Positions 9,005-16,241 of a stretch of DNA of 64,000 bases are shown in pieces. The stretch's first letter is position 1. Each line of letters begins with the position of its first letter. The stretch covers positions 11,252 to 75,251 of the forward strand of contig CAZELI010000002.1 in assembly GCA_964512985.1 (NCBI GenBank). Reading direction: 5' to 3'. Below the pieces are notes generated by a model that had not been told where the DNA came from, searched no databases, and saw only the letters and a list, made by a program, of their open reading frames with translations. The stretch is from an uncultured Gammaproteobacteria bacterium (GTDB taxonomy: Bacteria > Cyanobacteriota > Vampirovibrionia > LMEP-6097). The translations under genes and the position numbers were made by a program.

Positions 9005-9958
9005 GTGAGTCTTTGAATGATGTCATTAATACAAGAAATTTTTAATTTTATTTTTGCGCAACCAGGCATAGTTCAAATACTTCTCTTTACTCAAGTATTG
9101 ATTTTGATTATATTCTTACCAAGAATTCTTGTTCTATTAGTTCAATTATTTATAAAGAAAAAGAAGGTTAAAACTATAGAGTTATCGATGACCAGAGATC
9201 AGTTTATAACTTCTTTGAAAAATAAATTGTTTGAAACTAATATAAATTTTGAAAAGATTAATGCAACTAAATTTACTCTCTATGACATTTTTTCTACATT
9301 ATTTATTTTGCCAATTTTGCCATTGAAGTTATTTCTACTAATCAAGAATTTATTTTATAAGTCCAAGAGTAGTACTGAAATTGATATTGAAAAATATCTT
9401 AGAGATTTAAGTATGAAAGGATCATTTCATCTGATCTTTTTAGATAATCCAAATAGAGAGTTTGATTTTGAAAGCTATTTTACTAACAGTGATATTACTA
9501 AATATCCTTTAGCGGGAAAAATAGAGGATAACAATATAAGTCTTTATCTCACACAAAAATATCCAAATGAAAATGTTTATTTTCAACAAGATGCAAAAGC
9601 TTTTTTATATGAAATTAGAATTAAGGAGAACAGTGATCGAAATTTAGTTCTTGAATTATATAAGGAAAAATTTTGGTTTATTAGGGATGCTTTTGATATT
9701 TTATATGATAATTATTTGATAGTTATTCCTAAACATTCAACAATTAGTAAGCTAGCTATTCAGCTATTTATACTTCCTTGTTTTTTTTTCTATTGTATTT
9801 TGCAATTCCAAGCCTAAGAATTTTCTCAGTCTTACCATTAGGTTTACTTTTGTTTGATATTTATTCAACCATAAAACAATCTCAGTTAATAATGAAACAA
9901 AGAAAGTTACTAGATGAGACTGTGATCGATTTAATTACAAAATTATCAAAAAATATTT
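9005..9958 (+). mobile_element. 954 bp very AT-rich insertion bounded by the 49 bp direct repeats; no recombinase gene
   Basis: It is flanked by perfect 49 bp repeats. Its composition is visibly more AT-rich than the flanks. It carries only a membrane-protein ORF. Confidence 0.5.
9017..9817 (+). CDS. hypothetical membrane protein inside the insertion; possibly continues to 9960 after a frameshift at a T9 tract
   Basis: 266 aa ORF with hydrophobic segments. A second ORF (9778-9960) overlaps it at a run of nine T (9781-9789) in another frame. Confidence 0.4.
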   Translation: MMSLIQEIFNFIFAQPGIVQILLFTQVLILIIFLPRILVLLVQLFIKKKKVKTIELSMTRDQFITSLKNKLFETNINFEKINATKFTLYDIFSTLFILPILPLKLFLLIKNLFYKSKSSTEIDIEKYLRDLSMKGSFHLIFLDNPNREFDFESYFTNSDITKYPLAGKIEDNNISLYLTQKYPNENVYFQQDAKAFLYEIRIKENSDRNLVLELYKEKFWFIRDAFDILYDNYLIVIPKHSTISKLAIQLFILPCFFFYCILQFQA

Positions 9959-10007
9959 AAAGTATATTCATCCTGATAAGCTTAATGTGGTGATTGTTGG
10001 GCCGTAA
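9959..10007 (+). repeat. right copy of the 49 bp perfect direct repeat
   Basis: Identical to 8956-9004. It ends immediately before the stop codon of the minus-strand gene at 10008. Confidence 0.9.
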
Positions 10008-11762
10008 TTAAGGTGCTAAGTGGCTACCTTTACTAAGTACTATCAGGCTTTTGTCGTCATTAAACTCTCGAGAGTATTGTAAATATGCTTGAATAATTTT
10101 TTGAGGATTAGTACCAGCGCTTAATACTGGTGTGATAACTGAATTTAGTTGATCAAATCGAGGGGGTATAACTTCTTCACGTTTTAGCTTATCGCCTGAT
10201 TTACTTTTTAATATACCATCTGAAGCAAGAACCAAACCTTCAATATTCTTTTTATCAATAAAACAAACAGTAAATTTTGCGGGATTTTGTTTATGCCAAC
10301 CTTGACCTCGATTCACTACCCCTAAATATGATTTTACTGTACCTTCTCCTGGTATACGATCTGCCGAATTCAAAGAATTTTCAATAATCCCATTAGCATT
10401 AAAAGCAGAAGCAATAGTATCTCCAGCTGAAATTAACATCAATCTTTCACCAAGATCAATAGCCAGGGAAACTGTAGTATTTGCTTCTATAAATTCTTCT
10501 TCTTTATTTTGTGATTTTGTTTGAGTTATTCCAACTGTTTCAATTCTAGTGTTTCTTTCAAGTGGCTCAGCTTTAATCGTTGTAGGTGATTTAATAACTG
10601 TCTCTGGGATTATTTCTTCGCATCTAGATTTAATTTGATCAACTGAATCATTTAAAACTTTCATCGCATTTAGAATCGGCTTATAATCATCAATCAAAAA
10701 CGTTTTCGCAAGCTCATCTAAACTCTTATTCTGATAGAATTTCAAAGATTCATTCTCTAGTTTTTTCAAATCAATAGGTGTATAACCAGCTCTTGTTAAT
10801 GTAGTTCCTTCACCCAATTGACTATAGTCAAACTCATTCCTTCTCTGATTATGAATGTCCCTATTTTTAATAACTAATTTCATCGAACAATCACTGAATT
10901 CATCTTTTGCTAAGTTCAACCCAAGATGCTCTAAATATAAATCCTGTAATTTTTTCTTAGCGTCAATACCTGGTTTTAAGAACTGTCGTAAATTACTAGC
11001 TAATAATGTTTGATAACTATTAGCATCAAATAAATTAGAAAATAATTCTTCAACAGTGGAAATATTCAAGCCTGGTTTAGTTTTTTTTACAAATTTAGAA
11101 CCAAGCTTTTCAAAATCAGCAAACTCTAATTCATGATTTTTAACATGATCAATTACCGCATCTGCTGCGATTTTGCCAGTAGATAATTCTCTATCTAAGC
11201 CAGCTCCACTAATGCCATCTGCAACAGCTGCTAATAATACTGGAGCTTTATTAACATTAGCAGGATTTCTCTGATCTAAACCTACACAATAAGTCGCATC
11301 AGAATTATCACTAAACATTCTACGCTTACCAGCTAAACTTTCTCTCCCCACTGTGAAAGGCTGGTCTTCATTAGCTCCTAAATTGATATTTTTTGCGTTA
11401 ATTAAAATTGGATCAGCAATAGTCCTTAGTAAACGATTTGTATCTCTCAAGGCAGTGACAAAATTAATTTTAAATTTGTCATAAATACTTTTAACTCGTT
11501 CATTTTCATTTTGAACAGAATCGGTAGCTAAATTAAAAATTCCAGCTAAGCTCTCTATAAAGTTAGCAACAGATTGATTAATAATTTTGCTAATTTCAGA
11601 AAAGAACCAGGATGCATAGTCATAACTTAATCCAGAACTAGGAATATCTTTTATTTGAATTTCCTGAACAGCAGCTTTTAATTCAGGCTCAGAAAAATTT
11701 GCATTAATTAAAACCTCTTGCCATCTCGGTATTTGATTGCCAGGAATAGTAGACATGGGCAA
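10008..11762 (-). CDS. PP2C-family phosphatase-like protein with an N-terminal extension and a large internal insert
   Basis: PP2C-like motif series: AAVADGISGAG, ISAGDTIASAF, LVLASDGILKS and a C-terminal DDKSLIVLS. About 230 aa lie between the first two motifs. Confidence 0.55.
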   Translation of the reverse strand: MPMSTIPGNQIPRWQEVLINANFSEPELKAAVQEIQIKDIPSSGLSYDYASWFFSEISKIINQSVANFIESLAGIFNLATDSVQNENERVKSIYDKFKINFVTALRDTNRLLRTIADPILINAKNINLGANEDQPFTVGRESLAGKRRMFSDNSDATYCVGLDQRNPANVNKAPVLLAAVADGISGAGLDRELSTGKIAADAVIDHVKNHELEFADFEKLGSKFVKKTKPGLNISTVEELFSNLFDANSYQTLLASNLRQFLKPGIDAKKKLQDLYLEHLGLNLAKDEFSDCSMKLVIKNRDIHNQRRNEFDYSQLGEGTTLTRAGYTPIDLKKLENESLKFYQNKSLDELAKTFLIDDYKPILNAMKVLNDSVDQIKSRCEEIIPETVIKSPTTIKAEPLERNTRIETVGITQTKSQNKEEEFIEANTTVSLAIDLGERLMLISAGDTIASAFNANGIIENSLNSADRIPGEGTVKSYLGVVNRGQGWHKQNPAKFTVCFIDKKNIEGLVLASDGILKSKSGDKLKREEVIPPRFDQLNSVITPVLSAGTNPQKIIQAYLQYSREFNDDKSLIVLSKGSHLAP

Positions 11763-11854
11763 AATAATACCATGATTTTAATAGTTGCCTAGGAGTGGAA
11801 ATACCTACTAAATCAAGGTTTTATAATAATTGAGTTTTTGAAAGAAGCTAACTA

Positions 11855-12394
11855 CTACTCACCTAATTCAGAACCAGATGACTTATCAAGAGTAAAGTCA
11901 GAGGCTTTGACAGTTTTGAGGAATTCTTTAAATTCTTTACGTGCTTCGGGATTAGAGATAGGGTCTATTTGATCTTCGCTGTCTTGCAAGACTTCCATCT
12001 GACCACAAACATCTTCGATAATTTTCTCAGATACGAATATAGAAGCTTCTAGTCTAAGAGCAATGGAGATAGCATCGCTAGGTCTTGCATCGATTGCCAT
12101 TGAGGCACCGTCTTTGTCATTTAAAATTATTGATGCAAAGAAAGTAGATTCTTCATATGAATTAATTTCGATACAGTCTACTTCTGCTTCAAGTGAATCG
12201 ATCATGTCTACCATTAAATCGTGTGTCATAGGGCGTTCTGTTTCTGCTCCAGTAAGACCACGTGCGATAGCTTGTGCCTCAGCTTGTCCAATCCAAATCG
12301 GTAGTGTGTGTTTACGCTGGGCATCGTTGAGGATGACCAGAGGTATATTGGTTCTAACGTCTAGTGCGACGCCGGTAACGAACATCTCAAGCAT
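11855..12394 (-). CDS. bifunctional nuclease family protein (DUF151/BFN)
   Basis: LPIWIGQAEAQAIA, RPMTHDLM and DARPSDAISIALR motifs are characteristic of the family. Confidence 0.7.
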   Translation of the reverse strand: MLEMFVTGVALDVRTNIPLVILNDAQRKHTLPIWIGQAEAQAIARGLTGAETERPMTHDLMVDMIDSLEAEVDCIEINSYEESTFFASIILNDKDGASMAIDARPSDAISIALRLEASIFVSEKIIEDVCGQMEVLQDSEDQIDPISNPEARKEFKEFLKTVKASDFTLDKSSGSELGE

Positions 12395-12446
12395 GCAAAT
12401 TTTATACCCTGCTGAAATATTGATATCGCTAGGTACTATAAATGAT

Positions 12447-13949
12447 CTAGATAATAAGGGTTGAAGCTAGCTGAATTACTTTTATCAAGGCCCCAGCTTT
12501 ATTATAGGTTTCTTGGAGTTCTTTTATTGGCTCAGAATCAGCGACTATACCAGCTCCAGCTTGCACTTCCACAGAATCTGGAGTGATTAATAAAGTACGA
12601 ATCATAATGGCACTATCCACCATTCCGTCTAGTCCAAAATATCCAATTGTGCCACCATAAGGACCTCTAGCTTCTTTCTCTAGAGAAGTGATAATTTTTA
12701 TTGCTTCTATTTTAGGAGCGCCACTAAGAGTACCAGCTGGGAAGCAAGCTTGTAGTAATTTTAGTCCTGCTTTAAGTCCTAGGGATTTTTTGATCTTGCC
12801 TAATACAGAGCTAACTATATGCAGTACGTGAGAATACTTCTCTACTATCATGCTCTGGGCGACTTGAATTGAGCCGTTCTCGCAAACTCTTCCTAGGTCG
12901 TTTCTAGCTAAATCCATGAGCATAACATGCTCGGCTATCTCCTTGGGATCGTTTAATAATTTATCAGTTAGGGCATTATCCTCTAGTTCATTAGCACCAC
13001 GTTTATAAGTACCTGCTATAGGACGTATCTCTGCTTCTAAAAACTCTTGACCTAATGAGTCCTGTTTATGAGTTGCTTTAACTAACATTTCTGGCGATGA
13101 GCCTACTAAACTCAATCTCTGATTGTTTTTCAGCTTGATATTATAAATGAATTGATATGGTGAAGGATTAACAGTTCTTAGAATTCTATAGACTTTCAGT
13201 GGATCAACTTTAACCTTTCTTGATAATTTATGTGAGAGTACTACTTGGAATATATCTCCTTCCTTAATGTGTTGCTTGGCTTGGATTACCATCTGCTGAA
13301 ACTCATTAGATCCAGTATTAGACTGAAACTCATTAACATCAACTTGAATGTTTTCATTAATAGCGAGTCGCTTTAGATTAGTTTTCTGATCAATTAATTC
13401 TTTAATTTGATTGATTGCTTTAATAGAATCATTATAAGTATTCTCTAGGTATAGATTATCGTTAATTTTAGATTTATCTATAAGAGAATTAACTACTATA
13501 TAGAACTTATTACTCACATTGTCAAAGACAATCAATGAACCAGCTAGAGCCATATACATCTGCGGATAGATAGATGTTTTCATTTTTAAACTTGGTTCTA
13601 TGTTTTGTATAGATTCAAAGGAGAAATAACCTACATAACCTTGGTGAAAGAAAGGTAATTGTGTGCTTGCTAAATTTAAGGTTTCAAGCTTAGTTTCAAG
13701 TAGTTTATAAGGATTACCCTCATAAGCTTCTATGATTTCTAAAGCTTTATATCCTACAAAGCTATAGCGTCCAATCTTCTCTCCACCAATAACCGATTCA
13801 AATAAAAATGTACCTGAACCACTAGCTTCTAATTTAGAGTATATGGATACAGGAGTGTCTAAGTCAGCAAGTACTTCAATCCAATTAGTGACTAGGCTCT
13901 GTTTGCTAGCTAATGCTTTAAATTTTTCTAAGTCTATGCCAAAGGACAT
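12447..13949 (-). CDS. trpE: anthranilate synthase component I
   Basis: 500 aa with a chorismate-binding C-terminal domain (GTLSGAPKIEAIKII, RGPYGGTIGYF, GAGIVADS). Confidence 0.9.
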   Translation of the reverse strand: MSFGIDLEKFKALASKQSLVTNWIEVLADLDTPVSIYSKLEASGSGTFLFESVIGGEKIGRYSFVGYKALEIIEAYEGNPYKLLETKLETLNLASTQLPFFHQGYVGYFSFESIQNIEPSLKMKTSIYPQMYMALAGSLIVFDNVSNKFYIVVNSLIDKSKINDNLYLENTYNDSIKAINQIKELIDQKTNLKRLAINENIQVDVNEFQSNTGSNEFQQMVIQAKQHIKEGDIFQVVLSHKLSRKVKVDPLKVYRILRTVNPSPYQFIYNIKLKNNQRLSLVGSSPEMLVKATHKQDSLGQEFLEAEIRPIAGTYKRGANELEDNALTDKLLNDPKEIAEHVMLMDLARNDLGRVCENGSIQVAQSMIVEKYSHVLHIVSSVLGKIKKSLGLKAGLKLLQACFPAGTLSGAPKIEAIKIITSLEKEARGPYGGTIGYFGLDGMVDSAIMIRTLLITPDSVEVQAGAGIVADSEPIKELQETYNKAGALIKVIQLASTLII

Positions 13950-13995
13950 GGTGGCTTTATTATAGCTTGTTGATTAAGAGTTTAGAGAATTATTC

Positions 13996-14020
13996 ATTAG
14001 GCAACTTTTTTCTTGGTATG
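13996..14020. repeat. left copy of a 25 bp imperfect direct repeat (24/25)
   Basis: attaggcaacttttttcttggtatg matches attaggtaacttttttcttggtatg at 16158-16182. This copy covers the 3' end of the antitoxin gene. Confidence 0.7.
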
Positions 14021-14308
14021 AAGAAGTTTACTAATAAGCTTGGGTGCCCTCTGAATACAAATTAGATATGAAGCAACACTGTGATCTGGAGAATTCACTC
14101 CCTGTTCCCATTTCCTGAGTGTCTCTAATGAGAAGCCAAAAGTTGTAGAAAAAGCCTGCTGAGTCATCTTAAGTGATCTACGGATTTTTTTTACATCAAT
14201 ACCTTTTCTTACGGTTCTTACAGAGCTTGGGTTGGCAAGAGCTTCTTCAATAGACTCTATTAGTTCTTCACCTAAGGATTTTTCTTGTTTTATCTTTTTG
14301 GTTGACAT
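13997..14308 (-). CDS. XRE/NadS-type helix-turn-helix antitoxin
   Basis: 103 aa with the HTH segment IRRSLKMTQQAFSTTFGFSLETLRKWEQG. It lies 2 nt downstream of the toxin ORF. Confidence 0.75.
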   Translation of the reverse strand: MSTKKIKQEKSLGEELIESIEEALANPSSVRTVRKGIDVKKIRRSLKMTQQAFSTTFGFSLETLRKWEQGVNSPDHSVASYLICIQRAPKLISKLLHTKKKVA

Positions 14309-14310
14309 AA

Positions 14311-14646
14311 TTATTCTTTAAATTGTTTAATTAATTTAGGGATTAGTTTCTTGAGTTGATTTCTTTCCGCATCAGATATATTTTCTTTTTTAGTTTTCTC
14401 GTATGTCCCTATCATTATAATTAAAAGTCCTTTTGAGTAATGATATAGTATCCTTAATCCCCCACTTTTACCTCTATGACTATGTTGAGATTGCCATCGA
14501 AGTTTCCTAACACCACCAGTTCCGCTTATAATTTTTCCTGCGTCAGGATATTGCATTAGGTAGTCATATAGATTCTCTAAATCTCCAAGACTAAGTACAT
14601 CACTTGAATCCTTTATGAATTTAGCTGTGGTTTTAATAGTAATCAT
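14311..14646 (-). CDS. RelE/HigB-2-like type II toxin
   Basis: 111 aa. GGVRKLRW...GKSGGLRILYHY is the motif typical of HigB-2/DUF1044-type toxins. Toxin-first order as in hig systems. Confidence 0.7.
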   Translation of the reverse strand: MITIKTTAKFIKDSSDVLSLGDLENLYDYLMQYPDAGKIISGTGGVRKLRWQSQHSHRGKSGGLRILYHYSKGLLIIMIGTYEKTKKENISDAERNQLKKLIPKLIKQFKE

Positions 14647-14655
14647 ACTTTTCAG

Positions 14656-14688
14656 ATGGTATGATATACTACTAGTATGTTATACCAT
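14656..14688. promoter_or_regulatory. 33 bp near-perfect palindrome upstream of the toxin gene (putative operator), overlapping an extended -10-like TGGTATAAC on the minus strand
   Basis: atggtatgatatactactagtatgttataccat has 14 of 16 arm positions complementary around centre 14672. It lies 10 nt upstream of the toxin ATG. Confidence 0.45.
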
Positions 14689-14829
14689 ATTTTTTCAATT
14701 TAAAACAATTTAGGTTATAAAATAAGTTAATATTTTGCCATTGGTACCAGATTTTAACAGAGCTTTCTCTTAAAAATAAAAATTTGCGGGATTTACGTTA
14801 AACTATGAAAGCCTTATTGGGTGATTATT

Positions 14830-15354
14830 TTAAAATATTGCGGACGCTTGTGACGTCTGAGCGCACATAGGAATCTTTTTTATTAATCTAAAAGCAAAAA
14901 TACATAAGCTAATTCCTAAAGCAAAATTTAGAATTATATCAATTAAAAATCCTGGAATAGCTCCAAATAAAGGGTTTGTGTTTGATATAGGATATAGTGG
15001 ACTCATATCTTTATCATATAAACAACTAACAAAAAAGACACCGAGAGTACCTAATGTACTACCAAATAAAATAGAGGACCAAGAACTGGTGAACTTTAAT
15101 ATACTAGCAATTAACTTAGTAATGAGAATAGTGAGAATTAAATATATCAAGGCACCTGGAAGTTTACTAAATAAGCTTGGTGGTTCACCAACTTCGTATG
15201 CTCCAATTAAATAAATTATTTCTGCACAGATCATTATTAGAGCAACACAGTAAGAGGTAAATGAAAAATGTTTTGTAAATATTGCTTTGAAGAATAATGC
15301 TGGAGCAAAGCAAATCAATAAACCATAAATTAAAAGGAATAAAACTTTTATCAT
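14830..15354 (-). CDS. hypothetical polytopic membrane protein (candidate immunity partner)
   Basis: 174 aa with about 5 hydrophobic helices. Its start overlaps the stop of the upstream ORF by 4 nt (translational coupling). Confidence 0.45.
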   Translation of the reverse strand: MIKVLFLLIYGLLICFAPALFFKAIFTKHFSFTSYCVALIMICAEIIYLIGAYEVGEPPSLFSKLPGALIYLILTILITKLIASILKFTSSWSSILFGSTLGTLGVFFVSCLYDKDMSPLYPISNTNPLFGAIPGFLIDIILNFALGISLCIFAFRLIKKIPMCAQTSQASAIF

Positions 15355-16007
15355 CCTAAATTATTCTCCCCTATTCCATCTAATTTAGACATTGGTGTTT
15401 CAATATCATTAATAAGTGCAACTGTATAACCAGGATATTCACCTGAGTTGATTTTATTAACAAACTCTTCCCTGTACATTGTAAAATTTGTACTCAAATC
15501 TAAAAATCTTATATTTCTACCTGTTTCACTTTCTTCAATAACTCTGACAGGTTTAACTAAATAACCTTGATAAGCTCTGGAATCTTCATCTTGATTAGTT
15601 GTAGTAATTAAACCATTATTTTCTATTTCTTTTTTCAAGGCATCTGCTAAATCTTTTTTTGAACTTGTAGAGCTGCCATATGAGCGTCCAACTTCGTTGT
15701 TCCAGAGATCCATATTTTTTTGTTCTGGTGGTTGCTTTCGAATTAAATCCCCCATCAGTTCATTGAATTGCCCTAAAAGATTAGCAGTGAGTTCATGATA
15801 TTTTTGAGTATAAACTCCACTTACATAGGCGTGACGAAAAGCATCAACATCATTATTAGAAAATGCTCCGCTATCAATATCCCAATCACCATCTGAAGTT
15901 TTAGGTAATGCTCTGATATTGTCATTAAAATATTGGTAAGCCTCATTTTGAGCTTCTTTCTTAGCATTCCATAGTTTAGCTATTTCTTCAAAAAGTGAGT
16001 TCAACAT
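15351..16007 (-). CDS. hypothetical soluble protein with a DxFRHAYxSG...NE...MDLWNNxxGR motif block (candidate toxin/enzyme)
   Basis: 218 aa ORF with conserved-looking His/Glu/Asp motifs. The C-terminal segment ends in a ...PMSKLDGIGENNLG pattern. No confident family assignment. Confidence 0.5.
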   Translation of the reverse strand: MLNSLFEEIAKLWNAKKEAQNEAYQYFNDNIRALPKTSDGDWDIDSGAFSNNDVDAFRHAYVSGVYTQKYHELTANLLGQFNELMGDLIRKQPPEQKNMDLWNNEVGRSYGSSTSSKKDLADALKKEIENNGLITTTNQDEDSRAYQGYLVKPVRVIEESETGRNIRFLDLSTNFTMYREEFVNKINSGEYPGYTVALINDIETPMSKLDGIGENNLG

Positions 16008-16157
16008 GGTAACTCCATTGTAACATTAGCCATTTTATTCTTCTACTGACTTTCGAGTTTGAAAGCCTTTGTATATAAGGTTTTCAGGAAAATATTAATA
16101 GTAATATTGTAGTTAAATTTCTTTAATAATATGGGTTGATTTATATAGGTGGTTTTA

Positions 16158-16182
16158 ATTAGGTAACTTTTTTCTTGGTATG
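16158..16182. repeat. right copy of the 25 bp imperfect direct repeat
   Basis: attaggtaacttttttcttggtatg lies in non-coding DNA between the island and secA. Confidence 0.7.
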
Positions 16183-16241
16183 TAACCGATCACCAAAGTA
16201 ATTATTTTGAAAAGGTAACAGGAGCGTGTGAAGTCAGAACG

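Noticed and set aside
9778-9960. 60 aa ORF as an independent gene
   Set aside because: It has a TTG start inside a T9 tract and overlaps the previous ORF. It is more likely the frameshifted continuation of 9017-9817.
12063-12464. 133 aa plus-strand ORF
   Set aside because: It is antisense to the well-supported bifunctional nuclease gene. The S/A/I-rich translation is typical of a shadow frame.
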